Position numbers and translations under genes: made by a program
Virus record (IMG/VR): IMGVR_UViG_3300025133_000019
DNA: 64,000 nt
DNA from: a virus
Lineage: Duplodnaviria > Heunggongvirae > Uroviricota > Caudoviricetes
Strand: one strand, 5' to 3'
In this document: positions 19,912-28,779 of the stretch, one piece after another
Layout of the letters: each line of letters opens with the position of its first letter
Numbering within the stretch: position 1 is the stretch's first letter
Notes under the pieces: generated by a model
What the model saw: only the letters and a program-made list of their open reading frames with translations
The model's database searches: none
Told to the model about the DNA's origin: nothing

Positions 19912-22585
19912 AGTAAACCCTGGATTACTGTCCAGATTAAATTTTATTGCTACCAGAGACATTCTTAATATGGACGCTGTAGACGAGTTTCTAGAGTTCT
20001 ATAGCGAAAAAATAAGCCATAAAGAGGGAATGTCTTCACGAGCTAAGAAAGAGATTAAGAATTGGTTACATAGAAAGAAACAGGGCTTTAAAGACTTCAT
20101 CAAAAAGAATATAAAGGGGGCACCCTCAGAATACTATAAGAAAGTTAAGAGAGTTACGGTTATCACAGATCCTAGAGGGCTTCCAGAGTGGTTGAGTAAG
20201 AAGCTAGATGATAATCCTAATTATCTTCATGAGAATGAGGTGTATGAAGTAAACGACCCACTAAAAAGTGACCAACAACTAATTGGTAAGATAGATCACA
20301 TCATAGATTATTTAGTTTGGTATTTAAAACAGAACCCCACAAAATCTCTGAAGAACACAACTTGGATTCAGGTTAAACAGGGGATAGAAGACTGGGAAGA
20401 ATACTTAGCTAATAAAAAAGGAACGGATGAAGTTTTAGATGGGGAAGATAAGGTTTTGTCTTTGTCGGGAGGGTATCATTGGGTTGAACTGACTGACCAG
20501 GAATCCTTGGATAACGAAGGTGCTAGAATGGGCCAGTGTGTAGGCGATTATTGTGACTACGTGTTATCAGGAACCACTAAAATTTATAGCTTAAGAGACG
20601 AGGTCAACAAGTCGTATTTAACAGTAGAGATAGATATCTCTGAGGACGGGCATTCTTTAAACCAAGTCAAAAAGAAATTTAATAAGCTACCCTCCACAGA
20701 AAACAAAACTCATATTCTAGCTCTTATTAAATGGTACTCAGATCATTATGATGTAAATTTGGACAATGAGACCGATGACCTTGAGTCTTCTGGAGTATTC
20801 CATCATAACGAGGAATTTCATAGTGTGGACGATGCTGTTTTGGTATACGATGAGCTTGTACACCCTGATACCCTGAGTCAAGAGGAGATATTCGGTCTTA
20901 CAGAGACATTTCCAATGGCACTGACTCACCTGACAGATATGAAATTAGTTAGGAATATTTTAAATAGTCCTGGTGTTAGTTACCATAACACATTTAGATA
21001 TATGACTGGATTAAGTGAAGATCAAATTTTAGAGCTGATTAAAGAAGATCCTCCCTTGTTTAGGAGTATGCCAGAGAAATTTGATGGGTCTAGAAAAATA
21101 ATAGGTTTTATTAAGAATTATATGATTAGCTCTGGTAAATTTAGTTTGTTTTACGGACTTTCTAAACAAGACCAAAAGGACATACCTTTTTTAGTAGATA
21201 TACTAAAAAACGGCAAGGGTATTGGTGACCACCCTCTTTATGATGATGTATTTAAAACGTCTGGAAGCAGTCTTTTGGCACGTAATTTTGATAGCTTTTT
21301 TCCGGTATTTAAGGGCGACCCGTCAAAAGCAGGATCGTATTTCAGCTACATTAAGACAGAGCACTATCATCTGTTTTCAGAATCCCCGGAATTTAAGAAT
21401 TTTGTTATTAATACAGTAACTGCTATAGGGGTTCCTTTGTATTTTGGTAAGGATACCGGAACATTTATACTAACTCATGATTATGTTACCGATAACATAC
21501 TTACTATCTTAAAAAGTTCCGGTCGCATAGATTTCATGAAAAGGTTTTTAAAGATGGAGGTTAATACTAAACCTAATACTAGATCTTATGATATCTTTTC
21601 AAAGAATATTTTTCCTGCTATGTCTGAGATAGTGTCTGTTAATCCTGGTCTATTTGGTATTCATGGAGTTATGAATAATAACTCTATAATATCTGGGTTG
21701 ATAGCGTATATGAAGGAGCACAGTGAGTTTGATGAATTAGTATTAGATGCGGTGAGAACAGAAAAACTCTCTCCTCTCAGTGTAACTCCTAGCGTAGTTA
21801 GTAACGATCTTATATTAGGTAATCCGGATATAAAAGAGAGATTCATAAAAGACATGATGGACAATTCTGATAACCTTCTCTCGGCCTTAGGTTTCCCTTA
21901 TAACAACAAGAGACTTGTTCTAATAGAAACTCATGCAGAAATACAACAAGAGTTTATTCGCAGTATTAGTTTTAAGGATATTGGATACCTGATATCCAAC
22001 TCTATAGAGCTTTCCGGATTACTAAGGGTTTTATCTGGCAACCCTCTTTTCCAGAAAAAGTTGTCTAAGATCTTTTCAGAGCACTTTAACGAGTCTATGT
22101 TTTATAAATTTTATGGGAACCTAAAAGGTGACATGAACCAGTTACCTCCTAAATATTCCTTTGTATACGATATTCTATTTGACTACTTGAACACGGATAC
22201 AACTTTGAAAATATCGGCTCTTTCCTCCGGGTTTTTTAAGAAGACTCTTGCACATATACTTTATGTCACTGAAAAAGAGGAAGAGATAGCTAATAAAATA
22301 GATGATTTTTGGGTGTTTTCCAGTTTATTTTTATCTGATTTTCACCGAGAATCCGATCCTGCTATAACAGAACTGGCTGTTAAGAAGTTTTTGCAATTAG
22401 ACTCGGAGGACTTGACGAGTAGCAACAGGTTCTACCAAAGCTCAGGTTATTTTGCTGGGATTATTTTGGAATCTCATAGAATTCAGGACTTTTTAAACGG
22501 CTTAGTTAAAAAGGGTGAACTAGAGGTAACTGGTAGGAACTACAGGCTATTTCGAGATATTGACAGAAGTAAGTTTATAGAGTAA
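19898..22585 (+). CDS. giant paralog C (895 aa)
   Basis: Same N-terminal module with an H-to-Q variant (NEGARMGQCVGDYC...KIYSLR). It again overlaps the upstream gene by 14 nt. Confidence 0.7.
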   Translation: MTYFEVNPGLLSRLNFIATRDILNMDAVDEFLEFYSEKISHKEGMSSRAKKEIKNWLHRKKQGFKDFIKKNIKGAPSEYYKKVKRVTVITDPRGLPEWLSKKLDDNPNYLHENEVYEVNDPLKSDQQLIGKIDHIIDYLVWYLKQNPTKSLKNTTWIQVKQGIEDWEEYLANKKGTDEVLDGEDKVLSLSGGYHWVELTDQESLDNEGARMGQCVGDYCDYVLSGTTKIYSLRDEVNKSYLTVEIDISEDGHSLNQVKKKFNKLPSTENKTHILALIKWYSDHYDVNLDNETDDLESSGVFHHNEEFHSVDDAVLVYDELVHPDTLSQEEIFGLTETFPMALTHLTDMKLVRNILNSPGVSYHNTFRYMTGLSEDQILELIKEDPPLFRSMPEKFDGSRKIIGFIKNYMISSGKFSLFYGLSKQDQKDIPFLVDILKNGKGIGDHPLYDDVFKTSGSSLLARNFDSFFPVFKGDPSKAGSYFSYIKTEHYHLFSESPEFKNFVINTVTAIGVPLYFGKDTGTFILTHDYVTDNILTILKSSGRIDFMKRFLKMEVNTKPNTRSYDIFSKNIFPAMSEIVSVNPGLFGIHGVMNNNSIISGLIAYMKEHSEFDELVLDAVRTEKLSPLSVTPSVVSNDLILGNPDIKERFIKDMMDNSDNLLSALGFPYNNKRLVLIETHAEIQQEFIRSISFKDIGYLISNSIELSGLLRVLSGNPLFQKKLSKIFSEHFNESMFYKFYGNLKGDMNQLPPKYSFVYDILFDYLNTDTTLKISALSSGFFKKTLAHILYVTEKEEEIANKIDDFWVFSSLFLSDFHRESDPAITELAVKKFLQLDSEDLTSSNRFYQSSGYFAGIILESHRIQDFLNGLVKKGELEVTGRNYRLFRDIDRSKFIE

Positions 22586-22594
22586 GCTTACTGT

Positions 22595-23218
22595 ATGCCC
22601 CAAAAAGTTAAGTACCCTAGAACGTACCACTTACCTTGGTCTCCAGGTCTTCAGAACGATGACAAGAAAATGGAAACCACGTCTTACCTAGAAGGTCAGA
22701 ATATAGTGGTAACCGAGAAATCAGACGGGGAAAATACTTCAATGTACCGAGACCACATACATGCCAGAAGTCTAGATAGCGGTTACCATGAATCCAGGGA
22801 CGCAGTAAAAAAGATTTGGGGAGACATAAAGCATAATATTCCCGAGAATTTCAGGGTCTGTGGCGAAAACATGTATGCAAAGCACTCCATTTTTTATGAT
22901 AACCTGGAATCTTATTTTCTTGTTTTCTCGGTATGGGACGGCTTGACCTGTTTGTCCTGGGAAGATACGTTAGAATGGATTGAATTACTGGGCCTTAGTA
23001 GTGTTACCGTTTTATACCAAGGAATATATGACGAAAATGTGTTACAAGGTCTATACAAGGACAGTATGGAGGGTTATGTGGTAAGGGTTACTGATTCCTT
23101 TGAGCACAGCGAATTCCCCGTTAAAGCGGGTAAATTCGTGCGAAAAGGTCATGTCCAGACTTCAGAGCATTGGATGTCCCAAGCAATTGTTAAAAATGAG
23201 GTAAAAAATGAAACTTAA
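22595..23218 (+). CDS. small ATP-dependent RNA-ligase-like nucleotidyltransferase
   Basis: Motif I EKSDGEN (KxDGxN), motif IV EGYVVRV, motif V KAGKFVRK, and an N-terminal YPRTYHL. Confidence 0.5.
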   Translation: MPQKVKYPRTYHLPWSPGLQNDDKKMETTSYLEGQNIVVTEKSDGENTSMYRDHIHARSLDSGYHESRDAVKKIWGDIKHNIPENFRVCGENMYAKHSIFYDNLESYFLVFSVWDGLTCLSWEDTLEWIELLGLSSVTVLYQGIYDENVLQGLYKDSMEGYVVRVTDSFEHSEFPVKAGKFVRKGHVQTSEHWMSQAIVKNEVKNET

Positions 23219-23711
23219 AGCTATGTTAATACTGTTTTTCGTAACTGGATTACTAGGAGGAGTTCCGGGTTCTTTAGTAGAAATCAAAACTACTTATTGG
23301 GATGTTTTCACACTAGACGTTTCTATTTATATTGAAGATATAGCTTCTTATAAAAGAAAAGATAAGGCATGGGTGGTTACTGAGTCGGGGGACTACGTTT
23401 TAAAAACTAAGTTTTTGTACGAGATTAATGGGAATCCTGTTACCCATTTAGGTGTTAAAATGGCTAGATCTTATGGGTCGGTTATTACTAAAGAATATCC
23501 GCATCTATCTTTATACGAAGAGAGTACTCAGTTTTACCAGGATAACTTAGGATTGAGAACAAACTCATTTTGCGGTATCCTAGTACACAGTAAGCCCCAC
23601 TTCATAAATTGCGAGACTTATCCAGCTTTTAAAGTTTTACGAGAGAGTAACAAAAAATTGAGAGTTGTGTATCACTATAACAGCATAAAAACTGTAGAAC
23701 CAGCGGAATGA
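23208..23711 (+). CDS. secreted or membrane-anchored hypothetical protein
   Basis: N-terminal hydrophobic signal-like segment MKLKAMLILFFVTGLLGG. Confidence 0.5.
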   Translation: MKLKAMLILFFVTGLLGGVPGSLVEIKTTYWDVFTLDVSIYIEDIASYKRKDKAWVVTESGDYVLKTKFLYEINGNPVTHLGVKMARSYGSVITKEYPHLSLYEESTQFYQDNLGLRTNSFCGILVHSKPHFINCETYPAFKVLRESNKKLRVVYHYNSIKTVEPAE

Positions 23712-24111
23712 CTGCGTTTAATTGGGTTATCCAAGAGCCAGTTTTTGATAAAAGGCTCTACGAAGCCAAAGACACTTTAGAGTCTTGTGGTGACCAAGTA
23801 TTTGTTTATCCAACAGGTTCCGCAGGATTTGATTTAGTTCCTATTCCTTTTGTTCACTCGTCTAATCCTACTATAGTAATGGGCTCCATATTTTTGTGTT
23901 CATTACTTATTTGGCTAACAAGATAGCTGGGTTGAACAGGGATTATTTTCCTGATACTTGTTTCACTTTGGATCTGTGTTTAAGTGACAACAAACCTTAT
24001 GTGGTGGAACTGAATTCACTTAGCGCTAGCGGAGTCTATTTGTGTGATTTGAACACTCTTTTTGAAGACTTGAGAATTAACCACTTGAAAGAGCTATTTG
24101 GTTCTTTCTAA
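23708..24111 (+). CDS. hypothetical protein, probably one gene split by a T5-run frameshift (~23885)
   Basis: ORFs 23708-23926 and 23896-24111 are adjacent in different frames. Confidence 0.3.
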
Positions 24112-24327
24112 GCGTTTTTCAGTTTCTTTAAGTATTTTCTTCTTACATTCCTCGTCGCTATCTGATTCACTGCACTCTTGGCCCGGAAAAGGCCCTGGAA
24201 CAGGTCCTGGGAACACAGCTCCTCGTGGCGGTGGATTAACAGCAACTGGAATTTCTGTGGCTAAAACCTTTGATTTTATGCTATCAAGGAAGATAAATTG
24301 TTGGATTAATTTTTCGGTTTTGTCCAT
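24094..24327 (-). CDS. hypothetical charged Pro/Gly-rich small protein
   Basis: 77-aa ORF. The alternative plus-strand ORF 24098-24337 is less protein-like. Confidence 0.3.
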   Translation of the reverse strand: MDKTEKLIQQFIFLDSIKSKVLATEIPVAVNPPPRGAVFPGPVPGPFPGQECSESDSDEECKKKILKETEKRLERTK

Positions 24328-24547
24328 CTTGTTTTAACCATTTAATAAATTGTTATTACGTGCGAAAAGAGATTAAAGTCAGTAGTTTAATTAAAACATG
24401 TCTATCAACAGATCTCAGCCCTTTTTTATCTCCTCCAAATTTTAGCTCCAGTTTGAAGTGCGGTGTTATTCTAGATTCGGCACTCCTCTTCTATTGGTTA
24501 CTAGGTTTGAAAGCGTTGAAATAATCTGAGCTGGCTATATATCTTTC

Positions 24548-24576
24548 TTGACACATCTTCCAGAACATGATAAGAT
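24548..24576 (+). promoter_or_regulatory. sigma70-like promoter TTGACA-N17-TAAGAT
   Basis: Lies immediately upstream of the ATG at 24586. Confidence 0.45.
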
Positions 24577-24585
24577 GTTCTGATT

Positions 24586-25272
24586 ATGAAATTAAAGATC
24601 AAGAAGTCCTTTCTTGAAGTTCGTAACGGAAGAAGGTACGTAGCTATATCCTCTGACGAGTGGTTTTTGTTCGTCAAGTCTTTACGAAGAGCCCGTGAAC
24701 TCCTGAGGTATATCAGTAAATTTACTCGTGTTAGGAGTAGATCGAGAAGAACTCAAAACAATAATGAATACAAAATTATTGCGGAGAGTGAGTTTAATAT
24801 TATTAAGAGACTCCTGCAAAATCCTATTGGAAGATCTGGTATAGAAGACGTAGATTTTCTAGGTTTTTATCACGCCATAAGAGACAGAGACACTCAGCTA
24901 CCCCCCAGCCTAAAGAATTTAGGAGAAAAAGTAGGAGTTTCTGAGGCCATGGCTTATCAGTGGTACATCGGAAAGAAAAGTCCAAGTCTTCGAGTAATAA
25001 AATGCTTTTATGAGCTTTATCCTAAAATAGCTCCCAAATTTTTTGTAGATCCTGATATTCCAAGAGATCCAGATATAAAAGCTTTCATGGCTGCTATAGA
25101 CGATACTCCTTATAGAGTTTCCAAGAGAATAAAAGTTACTCCTGCTACCGTGTATTCTTGGCTTAACAATGGAAGAACGCCACATATAACGCAGCTCAGA
25201 AAATTAATTAAGGTATACGGAGAAGAATACAAGGAAATACTCTTACCCTATACAAAGGAGAAACTGGAATGA
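24586..25272 (+). CDS. putative DNA-binding protein with two HTH-like segments
   Basis: GVSEAMAYQWYIGKK and VTPATVYSWLNNGRTPHITQLRKL. Confidence 0.45.
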   Translation: MKLKIKKSFLEVRNGRRYVAISSDEWFLFVKSLRRARELLRYISKFTRVRSRSRRTQNNNEYKIIAESEFNIIKRLLQNPIGRSGIEDVDFLGFYHAIRDRDTQLPPSLKNLGEKVGVSEAMAYQWYIGKKSPSLRVIKCFYELYPKIAPKFFVDPDIPRDPDIKAFMAAIDDTPYRVSKRIKVTPATVYSWLNNGRTPHITQLRKLIKVYGEEYKEILLPYTKEKLE

Positions 25273-25375
25273 CAGTATTATTTATTATATCCATACTAGG
25301 ATTAATAGTAGCTGACCAGATTACCATAAGGTATTTAAAAGGAGTGTTTGCCTCTTTGATAGCAGCTTTATAAGC

Positions 25376-25777
25376 ATGGATTTAATAACTGTATTCCTTA
25401 TTTCTTTGTCAATGTCTTTAATAGGGACGATCACTCTTTGTGCTTCTGATAATAGGGACGATGCGTTTTTCTTTATGGACTACCATCCTGTTTTATTTCT
25501 ATTTCTTTTAACTTTATCTCATAGTATAGGGGCTACAGCCCTTTCTCAATGGTCCGCAGTCTATAGTTCTTTGGGATCAGCGATCTATTTTTTTCCGTTT
25601 CTAGCGGTATTCCCAGGAAGTGCTGGGACACACTTTATATCCTCCTCTCTAGTAGGAAGAAATTCTATTTTTAGATCACTATTTTTTGCGTTTGCATTGT
25701 CTAGCACAGTGAATTTAGGGGTCTGCACGATCTTTTTAACTGAGATACTTAGAATACCTGTTGTTGGCGTGGGCTAA
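25376..25777 (+). CDS. polytopic membrane protein
   Basis: Multiple hydrophobic helices. Confidence 0.45.
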   Translation: MDLITVFLISLSMSLIGTITLCASDNRDDAFFFMDYHPVLFLFLLTLSHSIGATALSQWSAVYSSLGSAIYFFPFLAVFPGSAGTHFISSSLVGRNSIFRSLFFAFALSSTVNLGVCTIFLTEILRIPVVGVG

Positions 25778-25826
25778 ACTGCAAATTTCTGTTGATTTCG
25801 TGGTTTAAAAGGTTTATCATAGAAAC

Positions 25827-26036
25827 ATGAAATCATCCAAAGAAGCAACTATTGAGTACTGTAGAGTAAGTGAGTGTTCTGTCCAAGCAACTATAGATAG
25901 ACACATGGAGAATGACGGTTCTATCGAAGAATTAAAAATGATCAAGGATTCCCATTGTACTAGATGCAATGTGTATAAGCTCAGAAAGTATTTTGAATCC
26001 AGGGGATATGAAATACATGATCCCAAAGAGGAATAA
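25827..26036 (+). CDS. hypothetical small Cys/His-containing protein
   Basis: 69-aa ORF. Confidence 0.35.
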   Translation: MKSSKEATIEYCRVSECSVQATIDRHMENDGSIEELKMIKDSHCTRCNVYKLRKYFESRGYEIHDPKEE

Positions 26037-26038
26037 TT

Positions 26039-26455
26039 ATGTTAGCTGTTTACTTACTTTTAAGTTTTTCGTTAGTTTCTATATTTGGGTATTGGTACTA
26101 TAGAATGGACCAAGGAATAAGGCTAAATGTCTATTACAGTTTATTACGAGAATCTTTAGTGTATTTTTTATATGTAATAGCATTTGCATGTGGAATCTTT
26201 GCGTTAAACTCTTTTAACACGAGTGTTTATGATGTAACAGCATTTTGTAGTCCGTATATAGCGTCTTCCATGCTTGAGAATATCGCAGCAATTGCAGGAG
26301 TCTTTTTGGCGTGTTGTATGAACGGGCTAGTATTTTTCAGGGAGAGACCTGTAACAACTATGCTGGTGGAAGCTGGATTCGTGGGGGTACTCGTATCAAC
26401 ATTACTCTCTTTGTACAGATTATCTGGAGAGCTGTTACCGTTGATAATAAAATAA
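26039..26455 (+). CDS. membrane protein
   Basis: Four predicted TM helices. Confidence 0.45.
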   Translation: MLAVYLLLSFSLVSIFGYWYYRMDQGIRLNVYYSLLRESLVYFLYVIAFACGIFALNSFNTSVYDVTAFCSPYIASSMLENIAAIAGVFLACCMNGLVFFRERPVTTMLVEAGFVGVLVSTLLSLYRLSGELLPLIIK

Positions 26456-26681
26456 GGATAACAAATGAATTATATAAGCAAAGCCAAAGCTGTTAATTAT
26501 AGAGATTATGTTGACCTTGTTTATATGAACGGCACAACTGCTCTTCATATGCTCGGTGATATTTCCAGGGATGAAGGTGATTTATTTACTGCATCAGGAG
26601 TAATACTCAGGCAACATAATTGTACTTAGGTATCTTCAAAGGTGTTTATAATACTCACTCCAGATAAAAACACTATAAATA

Positions 26682-26710
26682 TTGACAAGCCCAAGAATTT
26701 AGTGTAAACT
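26682..26710 (+). promoter_or_regulatory. sigma70-like promoter TTGACA-N17-TAAACT
   Basis: No ORF with a start codon follows. The downstream hairpin is at ~26775-26790. Confidence 0.4.
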
Positions 26711-26716
26711 AAGAAG

Positions 26717-26797
26717 TCTTTTAAGTGACGAGAACCAAGTTATCTTAGAAAACTGCAAAAAATAAGTGTAAATACCGCAGGCCCTGCGGGATTTTAA
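26717..26797 (+). ncRNA. candidate small RNA (~80 nt), promoter to hairpin
   Basis: Promoter, no start codon, then the CCGCAGG-CC-CTGCGG hairpin followed by ATTTTAA. Confidence 0.25.
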
Positions 26798-26931
26798 GCT
26801 CGTGGAGAAATCAGCTCTGGTTTTGAATGGTTAATTTTAAACGAAACTGCTTCTGTGAAGCGAGAATCTAAAGCATACTATTAAGTACACTTTGAAAGGC
26901 AGAATCAGAAGATTCATATTATGGGGCATGG

Positions 26932-27153
26932 GTGACTGGACAAGGTTTTATTCATGTAATGTTTCCTAAGAACTCAGCCAGAAATCTTAGTGTTGAAGAG
27001 ATTGATAGATACATTGGGATGCAGGTTTCTATTAATAATAATGCGCCACTCCCTCCTATAGAGAAAGAAAGGTTGGAAAGGACTGCTGAGTTCAGCGAAG
27101 AGGCTCCTGTGCTAGAAGTTTCTGAGAGATCTGAGATTGAGTTTGAAGATTAA
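26932..27153 (+). CDS. hypothetical small protein
   Basis: 73-aa ORF. Confidence 0.35.
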   Translation: MTGQGFIHVMFPKNSARNLSVEEIDRYIGMQVSINNNAPLPPIEKERLERTAEFSEEAPVLEVSERSEIEFED

Positions 27154-27177
27154 GAGAGTTTTATTTTTATAAAGTTC

Positions 27178-27206
27178 TTGACACTAATAATTTTTTGATA
27201 TACAAT
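27178..27206 (+). promoter_or_regulatory. sigma70-like promoter TTGACA-N17-TACAAT (extended TATACAAT)
   Basis: Identical in architecture to the promoter at 6613. Confidence 0.5.
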
Positions 27207-27215
27207 AAGTACATA

Positions 27216-27260
27216 ATGAAAAAAGTAATTTTTAGAAATAGTTCATCCTCCTCGTCCTAA
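27216..27260 (+). CDS. 14-codon leader-like mini-ORF MKKVIFRNSSSSSS
   Basis: ATG ~10 nt after the -10, so it is near-leaderless. Six consecutive Ser codons, with the stop inside the hairpin 27248-27267. Confidence 0.25.
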   Translation: MKKVIFRNSSSSSS

Positions 27261-27286
27261 CGAGGGGTTTGTTCTATTCTTTTAAA

Positions 27287-27322
27287 GATCCCCCTCCTGC
27301 TATCGGAGGGGGATCTTTTTTT
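27287..27322 (+). terminator. rho-independent terminator
   Basis: AGATCCCCCTCC-TGCTATC-GGAGGGGGATC followed by T7. Confidence 0.75.
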
Positions 27323-27457
27323 ATTGGTAGCGTACACTAATTGGTAAGTGAACAGTCTGGAAAACTGTGGACGGTAAAGCTTTGGAATACCACACCTTCG
27401 GGATGAGGTTTTAAAGTGATAAGTCTTAGAAGTTCAAGTCTTCTCGCTACCGTATAT

Positions 27458-27545
27458 GGAGGGTTGTCCGAGTGGATTAAGGAGCCAGCCCTGAAACCTG
27501 GAGATCGTGAGTATAAGATCCATCAGTTCGAATCTGATACCCTCC
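27458..27545 (+). tRNA. class II tRNA, probably Ser(UGA), with an irregular anticodon loop
   Basis: Acceptor GGAGGGT/ACCCTCC, T-arm ATCAG-TTCGAAT-CTGAT, 3-bp D stem, long variable arm. The anticodon stem closes only as 4 bp (CCAG/CTGG), leaving an 8-9-nt loop containing TGA. Confidence 0.55.
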
Positions 27546-27555
27546 TTTACAAAAT

Positions 27556-27641
27556 GGAAAGTTGAATGAGTCTGGCTTAAATTGCTTCGCTGCTATCGAA
27601 GATGCTCGCAAGGAACGGGGGTTCGAATCCCCCACTTTCCT
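27556..27641 (+). tRNA. tRNA-Ser(GCU)
   Basis: Acceptor GGAAAGT/ACTTTCC, anticodon stem CTTCG/CGAAG with loop CTGCTAT, T-arm GGGGG-TTCGAAT-CCCCC, long variable arm. Confidence 0.75.
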
Positions 27642-27690
27642 CTAATTCGAGTCTTTTATACTTCTTTTAAGTAGAACCTTACTAAGGAGT

Positions 27691-28467
27691 ATGATGTCTA
27701 CAAGAAAAATAAGTATAGAAGAGTTAAGGGATATAGTGGCCAACTCCACTGGAGTTAAAAATTTAATTCAGAATTTAGGTTTGTCTTATTCTATGAGGTA
27801 TAGGAAAAGGTTACATCTTTGGCTAAGAGATTTTCAAATAGATATATCCCATTTTCTTCCTGACGAAGATTTTAAGTCTGTCTATTCATTACAAGAGATT
27901 TTAGTAAAAAATAGTACCTATACAGATTCCACTCTTTTGAAGAAGAGACTAATAAAAGAAGACATTCTGGAAAACAAGTGCTATATCTGCAATATCGACA
28001 GCATGTGGCAGGGTAAGACTATGGTCATGATTTTAGATCATATAAATGGAGACCATTTCGATAATAGACTGGAAAACTTGAGAATAGTTTGCAGGAATTG
28101 CGACGGTCAGCTAGATACTTTTTGTAGGGGAAAACCGATTCCTATTAAAAAGACTAAAAGGATTTCAAAAGCTAGACTAGTGTGTCTTAAAAAAGGTTGT
28201 AACAATTTGATTCTTTCCTACACCGTTATATATTGTTCTAAGGAGTGTTTTCCTAATAGATCTATGGTCAGACCCTCCCAAGAACAGCTTCAAGAAGACC
28301 TTAACACATTATCTTGGACAGCCGTAGGTAAAAAATATGATGTCAGCGATAACGCAGTTCGAAAATGGGCAAAGTCGTATGGAATAACACCGCCAGAAAA
28401 CCATACTAAAATAGTCTATCAAAACACTTCAGAGGAAGTAAGAGAGATCAATTCAAAGATTGAGTGA
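27691..28467 (+). CDS. HNH homing endonuclease
   Basis: HNH motif LDHINGDHFDNRLENLRIVCRNC and a C-terminal HTH. It sits immediately downstream of the tRNA genes. Confidence 0.7.
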   Translation: MMSTRKISIEELRDIVANSTGVKNLIQNLGLSYSMRYRKRLHLWLRDFQIDISHFLPDEDFKSVYSLQEILVKNSTYTDSTLLKKRLIKEDILENKCYICNIDSMWQGKTMVMILDHINGDHFDNRLENLRIVCRNCDGQLDTFCRGKPIPIKKTKRISKARLVCLKKGCNNLILSYTVIYCSKECFPNRSMVRPSQEQLQEDLNTLSWTAVGKKYDVSDNAVRKWAKSYGITPPENHTKIVYQNTSEEVREINSKIE

Positions 28468-28645
28468 AGTTAGAAAGCATGGTTCGGATTCTTCTAATTC
28501 TAAAATAACTGAGAAGGACGTAATAGAAATCCGTAAAAGATATGAAGAGGGAGAGAAATCTCCTAGAATTGCTTATGACTACAATATAACTCCCAGAAAC
28601 ACAAGAAAAGCGGTTTTTTGGCTTGACAAAATCAGTCTTCTCTGA
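28460..28645 (+). CDS. small putative HTH protein
   Basis: 61-aa ORF, basic. Confidence 0.3.
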   Translation: MSEVRKHGSDSSNSKITEKDVIEIRKRYEEGEKSPRIAYDYNITPRNTRKAVFWLDKISLL

Positions 28646-28651
28646 TAACAT
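28623..28651 (+). promoter_or_regulatory. sigma70-like promoter TTGACA-N17-TAACAT
   Basis: Upstream of the gene starting at 28780. Confidence 0.35.
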
Positions 28652-28779
28652 GGTAGTATAAAAGACTATATTGACCCGGACTACGAAGATATAACAGTAG
28701 TTAGTATGAATGAAATAAACACCGTAATATGGGAGATGGAGACTGTTGCAACAATCACTATTCCCAAAAGAGAGAAACA

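Noticed and set aside
12750-22585. Calling the shared N-terminal module of the giant paralogs a known PcfJ-like domain
   Set aside because: Only a remembered resemblance of the HCV-containing motif. It cannot be verified without a profile search, so it is kept as a hypothesis only.
24098-24337. Plus-strand 79-aa ORF overlapping the minus-strand ORF at 24094-24327
   Set aside because: Its translation is low complexity (S/L/G/P runs). The minus-strand reading looks more protein-like, though neither is certain.
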